From an uncultured Acidobacteriota bacterium (lineage in GTDB: Bacteria > Acidobacteriota > Thermoanaerobaculia > UBA5066 > Gp7-AA6), in contig CAVXTP010000006.1 of the NCBI GenBank assembly GCA_963764715.1, positions 288,001 to 352,000 of the forward strand: a stretch of DNA of 64,000 bases. Reading direction: 5' to 3'. Under the pieces are notes generated by a model. The model was not told where the DNA came from, searched no databases, and was given only the letters and a program-made list of their open reading frames with translations. Below, in pieces: positions 14,496 through 24,800 of the stretch (position 1 is its first letter; each line of letters begins with the position of its first letter). Both the position numbers and the translations under genes were made by a program.

Positions 14496-16114
14496 GCGAC
14501 CCTCCGCTTCCAGTCCTTGAGCACCTGCCGCGCCGCGTTGTGGCCCGGCGCTCCGGTCACGCCGCCGCCCGGGTGGGCGCCGGCGCCGCAGAGGTACAGG
14601 CCGGCGACCGGCGTCGCGTAGCGCGCCCAGCCTGCGACCGGACGCATGAAGAAGAGCTGCTCGAGGGAGAGGTCCCCGTGGAAGATGTTTCCCTCGGTCA
14701 GGCCGTACGTGCGCTCGAGGTCGAGGGGCGTCAGGACCTGGCGCGCGACGACCGATCCCGGAACGTTCGGCGCGTATTCCGCGATCTTCTTCACGACCCG
14801 GTCGCCGAGGAGCTCCCGGTTCGCGTCCCAGGTGCCGCTCTTGAGCCGGTACGGCACGTACTGGACGAACGTCGTCATGACGTGACGGCCCTCGGGGGCG
14901 AGCGAGGGATCGACGTTCGAGGCCACGACGCAGTCGACCCAGAGCTCTTCCGGGATCTCGCCCGCGCGCGCGGTGTTGTAGCAGCGCTCCGCGAAATCGA
15001 GCGACGGAACGAGGGTGAAGAGGGACCTCTGCGGCCGCGAGAACGCGGCGGGCATGCCGTGGACTTCGGGCTCTTCCGACAGGACGAAGTTGACCTTGGC
15101 GCAGGGCCCGTCCATCTTGATCCCGGCGATCGACGCGCGGAAATCCTCCGGCAGGGCGCGTTCGCCGACGAGGCCGAGGAAGGTGCGCTTGGGATCGGCA
15201 TTGGAGACGACGACGCGGGCGGAGATCTCGTCGCCGCTCTCGAGCGTGACGCCGCGGGCCCGTCCGTCGCGCACGTCGATCGAGGCGACCGGCGCCGAAG
15301 CCACGATTTCGGCTCCGAACTTGCGGGCGGCCGAGGCCATGGCCTGGGTGATCGAGCCCATGCCGCCGAGCACGTGGCCGTAGAAGCCCTGGAGCTCGTG
15401 CTCGCCGCCCGAGAGCAGGTGGAAGAGGAGCCCGAGCGCGGTGCCCGGCGAGTACGGGCCTCCGTGCTTGCCGTACACGTTGTTGGCGAGGAAGAGCGTC
15501 TTGACCTTCTCGGACTCGTAGTTGCGGTCGAGGAAGTCGCCGAGGCTGCCGGTCAAAAACGACACCATGCGTCCGACTTCGGAGGCCGCGATCTTCCGGA
15601 AGCGCCTGCCGACCCGCAGCGCCTCGAGGAGACCCGCGAGACCCCGCGCGCCGACGTCGGGCGGCGGCTCGAGGAAAAAGGGCTGGAGATAACGGGCCAG
15701 GCGCTTGAGCTCGTCGTCGACGCGGACGAACGTGCGCGCGTCCCGGATCGAGAGCCGCTCGAGTTCCTTGACCGTCTTCTCGCGGTCCGACCACCAGGGA
15801 ACGACGGTCCGGTCGGGAAACGGCACGAGGAGCGCCGGATCGCACGGAACCATCTTCAGGCCGTGCGCCGCGAGCTCCAGATCGCGGATGACCTCGGGGC
15901 GCAGCATGCTCGCGATGTACGACGTCGTCGAGGCGCGGCAGCCCGGCGCGATCTCCTCGGTCACGCACGCCCCGCCGAGGATCGGCCGGCGCTCGACGAC
16001 GAGCGTCGAGAGACCGCCGCGCGCGAGGTAGGCCGCGGCCGTCAGGCCGTTGTGCCCGGCGCCCACGACGATGGCGTCGTACACGCGCCGGGACGGTGTT
16101 TGACTTTCAGTCAT
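14492..16114 (-). CDS. Phytoene-dehydrogenase-like FAD oxidoreductase (PYROXD2/COG1233 type)
   Basis: DAIVVGAGHNGL, GNIFHGDL, LYLCGAGAHPGGGVTGAPGHNAA; ATG at 16114. Confidence 0.9.
   Translation of the reverse strand: MTESQTPSRRVYDAIVVGAGHNGLTAAAYLARGGLSTLVVERRPILGGACVTEEIAPGCRASTTSYIASMLRPEVIRDLELAAHGLKMVPCDPALLVPFPDRTVVPWWSDREKTVKELERLSIRDARTFVRVDDELKRLARYLQPFFLEPPPDVGARGLAGLLEALRVGRRFRKIAASEVGRMVSFLTGSLGDFLDRNYESEKVKTLFLANNVYGKHGGPYSPGTALGLLFHLLSGGEHELQGFYGHVLGGMGSITQAMASAARKFGAEIVASAPVASIDVRDGRARGVTLESGDEISARVVVSNADPKRTFLGLVGERALPEDFRASIAGIKMDGPCAKVNFVLSEEPEVHGMPAAFSRPQRSLFTLVPSLDFAERCYNTARAGEIPEELWVDCVVASNVDPSLAPEGRHVMTTFVQYVPYRLKSGTWDANRELLGDRVVKKIAEYAPNVPGSVVARQVLTPLDLERTYGLTEGNIFHGDLSLEQLFFMRPVAGWARYATPVAGLYLCGAGAHPGGGVTGAPGHNAARQVLKDWKRRVA
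16101..16113. promoter_or_regulatory. Putative TetR operator 1 (TGACT-ttc-AGTCA)
   Basis: Perfect-arm palindrome overlapping the start codon of the leftward operon. Confidence 0.65.
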
Positions 16115-16177
16115 TTCCGGGATTCTCGACTGCGCTAACGTAGCACAAGTTGAATTCTTCCCGGGATATGGATAGGC

Positions 16178-16190
16178 TGACTCGCAGTCA
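16178..16190. promoter_or_regulatory. Putative TetR operator 2 (TGACT-cgc-AGTCA)
   Basis: Same palindrome arms, overlapping the tetR ATG. Confidence 0.65.
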
Positions 16191-16918
16191 TGAAAACCAA
16201 CGAGCTTCGCGTCGCCCCGACTCCCCCGAGCCCCCTGTCCGGTCCCCGCTCCGAGGCCAAGCGCGCCCGGATCCTGGACGCCGCCATGCGGCATTTCGCC
16301 GAGCGCGGCTACCACGCCACGCGGATCGAAGACATCGCCACCGAGCTCGCGATCGCCAAGGGCTCGGTCTTCCAGCACTTCGGGAGCAAGGAGGGACTGT
16401 TCCTCGCGGGCTACAAGAAGGCCGTGACTTCCTTCGCGGCCTACCTCGACGCGCCGCCCGCCGTCACCGCGCGGGGGTTCTTCGAGACCCTCCGCTACTG
16501 GCTCGAGCGGACCGACCGCCTCGTGCGCGAGAACTGGGTCCCGTACCGGATCGCGTTGCTCGGCAACTACGGCACCGACCTGCGGCTGCGCCAGGAGATC
16601 AACCGGTTTCTCCGGGACAAAGACCCCTACGGCACCGCGGTCTTCGTCCGGATGGGGGTCGAGCGCGGCGAGCTTCGAAGCGACATCGACGAGGAGATGA
16701 TCGTGTCGATGATCGAGTGGACCGTCGAACGATTCCAGGACGCCCTTCTGACCGAGGAGCTCGATCCCGGCCTCTTCTCGCGGCAGGGCAACCGGCCGGA
16801 GAAGACGGCGGCCCGCATCGCCCAGTTCCTCCAGCTCCTCCACGGCGCGATCGCGACGCCGGCCCCGGCGCCCGCGTCCCCGGCCCGAGGGAGGACGCCG
16901 AAGAGAGAGCGCGCGTGA
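16190..16918 (+). CDS. TetR/AcrR family regulator
   Basis: RILDAAMRHFAERGYHATRIEDIATELAIAKGSVFQHFGSKEGLF HTH. Confidence 0.93.
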   Translation: MKTNELRVAPTPPSPLSGPRSEAKRARILDAAMRHFAERGYHATRIEDIATELAIAKGSVFQHFGSKEGLFLAGYKKAVTSFAAYLDAPPAVTARGFFETLRYWLERTDRLVRENWVPYRIALLGNYGTDLRLRQEINRFLRDKDPYGTAVFVRMGVERGELRSDIDEEMIVSMIEWTVERFQDALLTEELDPGLFSRQGNRPEKTAARIAQFLQLLHGAIATPAPAPASPARGRTPKRERA

Positions 16919-18006
16919 CGGCTCGCATCCCGGCCTTCGAGTTCGAGAAGGACCTGTCGGCCGCCGCGACGATTCCCTCGTCCTGGTACACCGACCCGGG
17001 AGTGCTGTCTCTCGAGCAGGACCGGATTTTCGCGAAGACGTGGCAGCTCGTCGGCCACACCGAGCAGGTGCGCCTCCCGGGCGACTACTTCACCTGCACC
17101 GTGGCGGACGAGCCGCTCGTCGTGACGCGGGCCGAGGACGGCGCGATCCACGCCTTCTCCAACGTATGCCGGCACCGCGCCGGCCCCGTCGCGCGGGGCT
17201 CGGGGCACCGCAAGGCGCTGATGTGCGGCTACCACGGCTGGACCTACGGTCTCGACGGAAGGCTGCAGAACACGCCCGAGTGGGAGGGCGTGCGCTGCTT
17301 CGAGCGGGAAAGGCAGAACCTCCCGGCCGCGCGGGTCGACGCGTGGGGGCCGTTCCTGTTCGTCTGCCTCGAGCCGTCCGCTCCGCCGCTCTCGACGGTG
17401 CTCGGCTCGATCCCGGCCGAGACGAGCCACCTGCCGCTGACCCACATGAGCCTCTTCAAGAAGGTCGACTACGAGGTCCACTGCAACTGGAAGGTCTACG
17501 TCGACAACTACCTCGAGGGGTACCACATCCCCATCGTCCACCCCGATCTCTTCCAGGAGCTCGATTACCGCGCGTACAAGGTCGAGACCGCCGCATACCA
17601 CTCCAAGCAGCACGCGCCGATCCGCTCGAAGAACGAGGAGTCCCTCTACCGGCGCAATCTCCCCGACGGGCACGAGCCGGAGGCCCTCTACTACTGGGTC
17701 TTTCCGAACCTGATGTTGAACCTCTACCCCGACAACCTGCAGACGAACATCATCCAGCCGCTCGGTCCGGAGAAGACGCTGACGCGCTTCGAGTGGTACG
17801 TGCTCGAGCCCAACAGCCCGGGCGTCGCCGAAGAGTTCGCGCGTTCCTTCGCGTTTTCCGACCAGGTCCAGCAGGAGGACATCGGAATCTGCGAGGCGGT
17901 GCACCGGGGGCTGCGGTCGCGGACCTACGATCGCGGGCGGTACTCGGTGCTCCGTGAGAACGGCCTGCATCACTTCCACGAGCTGCTGACGCGCGCGCTG
18001 CGGTAG
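16915..18006 (+). CDS. Rieske oxygenase alpha subunit (choline monooxygenase-like)
   Basis: GTG overlaps tetR stop; NVCRHRA..CGYHGWTY; NWKVYVDNYLEGYHIPIVH. Confidence 0.9.
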   Translation: MTARIPAFEFEKDLSAAATIPSSWYTDPGVLSLEQDRIFAKTWQLVGHTEQVRLPGDYFTCTVADEPLVVTRAEDGAIHAFSNVCRHRAGPVARGSGHRKALMCGYHGWTYGLDGRLQNTPEWEGVRCFERERQNLPAARVDAWGPFLFVCLEPSAPPLSTVLGSIPAETSHLPLTHMSLFKKVDYEVHCNWKVYVDNYLEGYHIPIVHPDLFQELDYRAYKVETAAYHSKQHAPIRSKNEESLYRRNLPDGHEPEALYYWVFPNLMLNLYPDNLQTNIIQPLGPEKTLTRFEWYVLEPNSPGVAEEFARSFAFSDQVQQEDIGICEAVHRGLRSRTYDRGRYSVLRENGLHHFHELLTRALR

Positions 18007-18033
18007 GCTGCAATTCCCTGTCGCGCCCCGGTT

Positions 18034-18058
18034 GTAGGGGCGGCCCTTGTGGCCGCCC
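18034..18058 (+). repeat. GTAG-type REP-like palindrome
   Basis: GTAG followed by hairpin GGGCGGCC-cttgt-GGCCGCCC in an intergenic region. Confidence 0.6.
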
Positions 18059-18254
18059 TCGGCGCATCCGGGAGGGGACAGCCGACCACCGAAGGCAGAC
18101 CCCCGGCAGTAGGCAACGCCGGCCTGGCGGCCGGCGGTAACCCCCGCCCCCACGACGCGAGTGCGCCCTGCGCCGCCAACCTGCTAACCTCGCCGTCATC
18201 TCTTCCGACGAACGCTGCGCGACCCGCTCCCACCCGGCGGGACTCCACCAGGCG

Positions 18255-19619
18255 ATGGGGTTCCGCGACGTCCTTTTCTTCCTCGTCACCGCGGGCACCA
18301 ACCTCCAGTGGGTCGCGACGGCCGCCGCCGGCGGAGCCTCGGCGATCACGGTCTGGTTCATCGGCTTCCTCGCAATGGGAATGCCGCTCGCGATCTGCGT
18401 CATCGCGCTCTCGTCGCGGCACCCGGACGAAGGGGGCCTCTACGTCTGGGCCAGGGTCGCCTTCGGCGACTTCGCCGGGTTCATCACGGGCTGGGCGTAC
18501 TGGATGTCGAACCTGCCGTACTTCCCCGCCGTCCTCTACTTCGCCGCCGGAAACGCGCTCTACGCCGGCGGGCAGCGGTGGCTGGGCCTCTCCGGCGACC
18601 CCTCCTACTTCATCACGGCGTCTCTCGTCGGGCTCCTGATCGGGACCGTCCTCAACATCGTCGGCGTCGAGATCGGCAAGTGGCTCTCCAACGCCGGCGC
18701 GATCGCGCGCTGGGTCGTGACGGTCCTCCTCGTCGTCCTGGGCGTGATGGCGTACGCGAAATTCGGATCGGCCACGCGCTTTTCGGCGGGCGCCCTCTGG
18801 CCGACGGCTCACCTGAAGGACATCATCTTCTGGTCGACGATCGCCTTCGCCATGACCGGGCTCGAGTCGGCGTCCTTCATGGGCTCCGAGATCCGAAACG
18901 CCGAGCGCGTCGTCCCGCGCGCCATCCTCGTGTCGCTCCCCGTCATCCTCGTCATCTATCTCGGCGGCACGATGGCTGTCCTCGTGGCCCTTCCGGTCGG
19001 TGAAGTCAGCGGCCTCGAGGGCATCATGCAGGCCATCCAGAAGATGGAGGCCCGGCTCGTCATTCCGGGCGTCTCGGCGGTCGCGGCGGCCCTGATCACC
19101 GTGACCGCTCTCGGAAGCGTGGGCGCCTGGCTCGCCTCGGTCGCCCGCATCCCCTTCGTCGCGGGGATCGACCACTTCCTTCCCGAGGGCTTCGGCCGCG
19201 TCCACCCCCGCTGGGGCACGCCCTGGGTCGCGCTCCTCGCGCAGTCGGCCATCACCGCGGTCTTCGTCTTCATCGGGCAGGCCGGGACCTCGGTGCGCGG
19301 CGCCTACGACGCCCTCGTCTCGATGACGATCATCTGGTACTTCATCCCGTTCCTGTTCCTCTTCCCGGCGGCGATCAAGCTGCGGGGCGAGCTCAACCTT
19401 CCGGGGTTCCGCGTCCCCGGCGGCCGGACGGGTGTCGCGATCTTCGGGGCCCTCGGCATCGTGACGACGCTCGCCTCGATCGTCCTCTCGCTCTACCCGT
19501 CGGGCAACGAGGCGCACCCGCTGCGCGCGGTCGTCAAGGTCGTGGGCCTGACAATCGCGATGCTCGCCGCCGGCGTCGGCGTGTACTGGAAGGGGCGGCA
19601 GGCATCGAAGAGCGAGTGA
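18255..19619 (+). CDS. APC-family amino acid/polyamine permease
   Basis: About 12 hydrophobic segments, PDEGGLYVWA, FAMTGLE, RVHPRWGTP. Confidence 0.92.
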   Translation: MGFRDVLFFLVTAGTNLQWVATAAAGGASAITVWFIGFLAMGMPLAICVIALSSRHPDEGGLYVWARVAFGDFAGFITGWAYWMSNLPYFPAVLYFAAGNALYAGGQRWLGLSGDPSYFITASLVGLLIGTVLNIVGVEIGKWLSNAGAIARWVVTVLLVVLGVMAYAKFGSATRFSAGALWPTAHLKDIIFWSTIAFAMTGLESASFMGSEIRNAERVVPRAILVSLPVILVIYLGGTMAVLVALPVGEVSGLEGIMQAIQKMEARLVIPGVSAVAAALITVTALGSVGAWLASVARIPFVAGIDHFLPEGFGRVHPRWGTPWVALLAQSAITAVFVFIGQAGTSVRGAYDALVSMTIIWYFIPFLFLFPAAIKLRGELNLPGFRVPGGRTGVAIFGALGIVTTLASIVLSLYPSGNEAHPLRAVVKVVGLTIAMLAAGVGVYWKGRQASKSE

Positions 19620-19757
19620 GGTCGGTGCCTGGAGCTCGAACCGGATCGGAGTGGTAAGCTCCACACGCGCGTGGCTGGTCCATTACTCGAACGTCGACTC
19701 GGACCCGGATCGACGGACTTCCTCACGAAAACCCGTTCCTGATCCGTACTACGCGGC

Positions 19758-20258
19758 ATGGACGAGAGCATCCTGTGGGCGAATGCGCGAGTCGCGGAAT
19801 CGATTGTCACGGATGCGAAGCGACGCTCGAGCCTTCTTGCCATCGCCAAAGCGGGCTTCGGGATCCGGGCCGGGGACGCCGAAGACCTCATCCAGGAAAC
19901 GGCCCTCCGCGTCGTCGAGTATGCCAACGTCATCAGGGATCCGGCCGCTTTCTTCTTTACGGTGTTTCGAAATCTCTGCACCGCGACCCTTCGGGAGAAC
20001 CAAGTATTCCTTCGATCGTCGTTTGCCACTCTGGACCTGCCCGACGAGCGCCGGGGGCGGCCTCTGCGGGCCGAGGATCGGATCGCCGTGCGTGAGGCGC
20101 TCGCGTCGATCTCCGAACGATGCCGGGACCTGCTGGTTCAGCACTACCTCTACGGACGAAAGGTGCGTGACGTCGCGAGGGCGGCAAAACTGACGGAGGG
20201 CACTGCGTCCAGAACGATCGGTCGCTGCCTCCAAAGTCTCCGAAAGGCCCTTGCGTGA
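19758..20258 (+). CDS. ECF-type RNA polymerase sigma factor
   Basis: DAEDLIQET region 2; ALASISERCRDLL..YLYG..VRDVA region 4 HTH. Confidence 0.8.
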   Translation: MDESILWANARVAESIVTDAKRRSSLLAIAKAGFGIRAGDAEDLIQETALRVVEYANVIRDPAAFFFTVFRNLCTATLRENQVFLRSSFATLDLPDERRGRPLRAEDRIAVREALASISERCRDLLVQHYLYGRKVRDVARAAKLTEGTASRTIGRCLQSLRKALA

Positions 20259-21620
20259 CCCGGCATCTCGACGACCTGACGCTCCTTGCGCTGGCCAGCG
20301 GAGAGGCCGGATCGACCGGCGAAAGCCAGCATCTCCAGCTTTGCTCGAAATGCTCCTCCGCTTTCGCCCGGATGCTCAGGCTCGACCACGCATTGCGGCA
20401 GTTCGCAGCCAGCCAACCGGACACCCTGACCGCAACGGAATCTCTCCCAGACGGCGACTTCTATTCCCGCCGGCCCCCGGCTCGGAGGCATCGCCGCGCC
20501 GCCGGCGGTCGGCTTCCCGAGCTCGTCTCGACGCTCGAGAACTCGCGTGCGGTCACGCTCCGCCTGCGAGCCGCACGAACGAACTCCACGAAACTTCTGT
20601 CGGTGCTCGAGAACCTCAGCCTCGACGATCCAGGAGCGCGCCTGGGCCTGCTGCATGCTCTCCAGGAGGCCGGCCGCTCGATTGCCGAGGGTGCGGAGCG
20701 GGCGGCGAGCTTCGCTGCAGCCACTCTCGCCGCTGTCCGGCCCGTCTCCGGAAAATTCGAGGGGGTCGTTCCCGGGTCGACGATCGTCGCTCAGGCTCGC
20801 GTCCTGGCGGCCCAGGCGGACATCTGGTTCCAGAGATTCGGGCCCGGCCGGCCGACACCTGAAGGCGGCCTACAAGGCCTTTGCCCGGGTCGGCGACATG
20901 GTCGGACTTGCGATCGTCGAGCTCAACGAGGCGCAGCGCCGGGCTCTGAGCGGCGACGGAGCAGCCGCGCTGCCACTGGCCAGGAGGTCGAGGATCGCGT
21001 TCTCGGCGCTCGGCATGGAGGACCAGGCGGCGCGGGGCCTTGCGACCGAGGCGCTCGCCTATTCCGCCCTCGGCCGGCTCGAGGAATCCATCCGAGCCTG
21101 TCGGGAGGCGATTCCGACCTTCGAGCGGCACGGCCTCTGGGCCAACTACGTCGGCGCCGTCAACTCCGCAGCCACGTCGCTGCAAGCATTGGGGCGGCTG
21201 GACGAGGCGCGGCGCGACTATGCCCGCGCCTACCGCCGGATCTCGAGGACCGAGCACCGATCCTGGCTCGGGTTCCTGCGCGGCGGCCTGGCCGAGGTCT
21301 TCTTCGCGGCCGGGCGGTTTCCGGAGGCTGCGGCCGCAGCCTCGGCCGCTTCGGGCCTGTTCCGCGAATCGGGCCTGACGGCAAACGCACTGCTCGTCGG
21401 CCCGCTCGAGATCGAGTCCTGGTCACGGGCGGGGCGCCATGATCGCGCCCGCGCACGCGTAAGGTCCTTGAGAGCGGAACTCAGGCGCGCCCGGCGTCTC
21501 GATCCGGACGTCCGGGCTCGAGTCGAAGGCTCCCTGACCCGCGCGAAGGAAGGGCTCTCTCGCCTCCGAAGAGTCCGGCACACCCCTCGCGACCCTCTCG
21601 TCCAGCCCGCCTCGCGCTGA
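20255..21620 (+). CDS. Zinc-finger anti-sigma-like protein with TPR-like repeats (frameshift near 20850)
   Basis: Overlaps sigma stop; HL..HLQLCSKC ZAS motif; helical repeats LGRLEES, LGRLDEA, AGRFPEA. Confidence 0.7.
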
Positions 21621-21870
21621 TACTCAAAAAAAGTCTGTCCTGATTCTTCTCCGTTTCGACTCTTCATCTGTGAATGAAGGCGAACGGGAGCGCTCCATGG
21701 CTCGCCTCCACCCCGGCCCCGCCACGAGACCGGCAAGGAGGAAAGCATGTCGAGCATCCAGGGCCCCGTCCCCAACTGACTCGCCTCGCGAATCCCGGAT
21801 CGAGCCGCGTGCGCCCCGCGCGGCTCGGTCCGGATCTTCTGCATCAGGTCGAAGCGAAAGGAGAGGAGAC

Positions 21871-24800
21871 ATGAAGAAGGCGAGAGCAATCCGTCGGACG
21901 TCCGCACGAGGGAAATGGTCCGCGAGGCGTCGCATTCCGCTCACCCCCGTCGTCCTTCTCCTCGCCACGCTGAGAATCGCGTTGCCCGCGAGCCTCTGGG
22001 CTCAGAACGGCCCCGACAACGACGCGGACGTGGCCGCGGGGCTGACGAACAGCGTCTTCGAGACCAGTCCGATCGATTCGATCAATCTGTACAACGGTCA
22101 GCTGACGGTGCCGATCCCCATCGGGCCGTCCTATCCGATCGGCCCGAAGCTCCGAATGCAACTTGCATTGAGCTACACATCGCGCGTCGACGACTACGGC
22201 CGTCCCGCGACGCAGAGTCCCGACTTCTTCTACAAGCCGCTGGTCGGCAATCCGTCGCTCCCGATCGGCTGGGAGCTCACTCTCGGTGCAATCAAGGACT
22301 GCAAACACGGGGGCGCCTCCGGGAAGTGCCTCTTCTCTCCGGATGGCAGCCAGCACATGTTCAACAAGACGCAGGGCAACGGGAAGGTCACGGGCGACGG
22401 CTCCCAGTACTTTCTGAAGGGGTCCGGGCCCTACGACATGTGGGATGGCGATGGCAATCACTACTTCTTCAACTGGCAAGTGACGGGTTACGACGACAGT
22501 CTGACGAATTACACGCACGACTTCGGGATCGGCAGAAACGGCTGGTACCTTTCGTCGGTGACGGACCCCTTCGGGAACTCTTACTCGGTCTCCTATTACT
22601 CGAGCATTTCAACTCCGAACTGGACGCCGACGAGCAACGGCTGCGGCACCGCCTGGCCGATGCAGAATCCGACGCAGACGAACACGTGGATCCTGAAAGA
22701 CATCACGCTTCCTTCGGCCAGCACGATTCACGTTGTCCAGGGGAACGTCAACGGCGTCAATGGAATGATCACGTCGGTCCAGTTCCCGGAGCTGGTCGGA
22801 GGGGCTTCGGTGACCAAGACGTGGACTCTCGCCAACAACGCAACGCCCCAACCGTACTCCCGAACCTGCACTTCACCGAGCGCGATCGTCGTCCCGCTCC
22901 AGGTCCTGCAGCAGCTCCAGCTGCCATCCGATCTCGTTGGCGCGCCGAAGTACGAGTTCACGTACGCCAGCAACGGATTGCTCTCAAAGGTCAAGCTACC
23001 GACTCTGGGCGAGATCTCGTACTGCTGGTCGGGCTTCGCCTTCTACCATGGCCGCGCGGGCAAGAATGAGCCCGGCTGCGGCAACCTCGCCTTGAGCGAC
23101 AATGACTCCATCCTCGTGACCCCGCCTGCGTGCACCGGCCTCGAGCCGGAACCTTCCCCGGAGCCCGAGATTCCCGGAGGCTGCTCCGGTTCCAACGAGA
23201 CGCAATGGACCGACGGCGTGACGGCGATCCGCCGCCGGACCGAGACCGTCGGCGGTGCGTCCTACGCGACCGAATTCACTCAGTACGCATTCCCGAGGGG
23301 AGAAGCCGGATCCAAGGTGACGCCGCTCGAGCCCCAGACGCTGACCGTCGTCCGTTACCCGCCGACCGACAAGACCGGATCAAACGACCGGACTCGAGCC
23401 AAGGCGGTCCTCTTCAAGTGCAGCCCCGAGATCTACTCGACGCCCAACGGGCCAAGGACACGGCCCAGTGTGCCCGGTGATCGGGTCGGCGCGCCCCTGG
23501 AGGTGCGGTACTTCGAAGACGATCCGAATCAAACCACCGGCCTCCTGGACGACACCGTGGCCATGTGCCCCGGCACGGGTGTGGACAAGCCCTTCTGCGG
23601 GAGCAAGGCGGTCCGCGTCGCAAAACTGGATTACGAATACGACGATGCCGGACATCAGGAGGGAAACCGTCGCCTCGATTTTTCCAAGACGATTTACGGA
23701 GCAGCAACTTGCGCCGGATGCCCCTACCACCAGATTGACCTTTCCCTCGGGGTGGGCGAGACGTGGGAAGGCAACGGCCGCCATTACGGCATCGAAGCGC
23801 ACTCTGGAACGCTCGGAGGCGACGCGCGAACGATCGTCACCGACTGGGCACAGGTGAACTGGGTCTCGGGGCCTCCAGCCGACGGCGTCGTCCTGCCGAA
23901 CATCGTCAACCAGCGCACGACGACCCAGGGCACTTCCGTGCGCGACGAGTACTTCGACTTCGATACCGCCTCGACGCCGCCCACCGATTTCCTGAAAGGG
24001 ACATTCCTCTACGACGCCGCCAAGGACATCGCGCTCATCAACTGTCGCTACGATGACGGCAACGGGAGCGCCGACAAGGAATTCACCCGAACGCTTTCGA
24101 CGACGTCGATCCCTTCGCGTACCTACTGCTCCGACAACTACTCGACCTTTCCGACCGTTGGCAACGATGGCGACTTTTTCGGGAAGGACTACACGTGGCA
24201 GCACGGCGAGCTCCTCAACGCCCGCTGGATCAACGGCACCGTGGGCTCCTCGACGTTCAAGGTCGAAGACTACGCTCGGGACGCGACGACGGGCTGGATC
24301 ACCTCTTCCACCGATACGGCCGGCCGAACGACTCTTTTCAAGTACGACAGCATGGGCCGCGCTACCGAGGCGGACCCGCCGGCGACGAACGAGTTCACCA
24401 CGTTTACCTGCTACGAGGGTCCGAACGAAACGACCGTCTATCGGGCCTCGGCCGCGATCGCGTGCCCGGTCGCCGCCAGCGGCAGCGCGACGACGTGGCA
24501 GCACACGACCTACGACGGCCTCGGGCGCGTGATCCGCGAGCAACGGAAGGTCTCGGGCGTCCCGACCACCAACCTCTCGAAGCGCTTCTTTCAGTTCGAT
24601 GGCCGCGGCAACCAGACATTCCAGTCGGAGTGGCTTGCGTGCACGTCGAGCCCCTGCCAGACGAACGATGAGGCGCTGACCCTGGACCTCGACACAGCTT
24701 GCGTGTTCAGCGGAGGCAATCAGTCCGCCCGGAAGCGGTCCTCGACCGCACCCGGCACCTGGAGCGCTTGCTGGGACCCCTTCGGCCGTCCGCAGCAGGT

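Noticed and set aside
14492-16114. crtI carotenoid gene call
   Set aside because: No crtB/crtE nearby; context and motifs fit the COG1233 oxidoreductase subfamily.
21670-21870. Upstream GTG start for rhs
   Set aside because: The ATG at 21871 has a strong RBS and yields a signal peptide; the extension is low-complexity.
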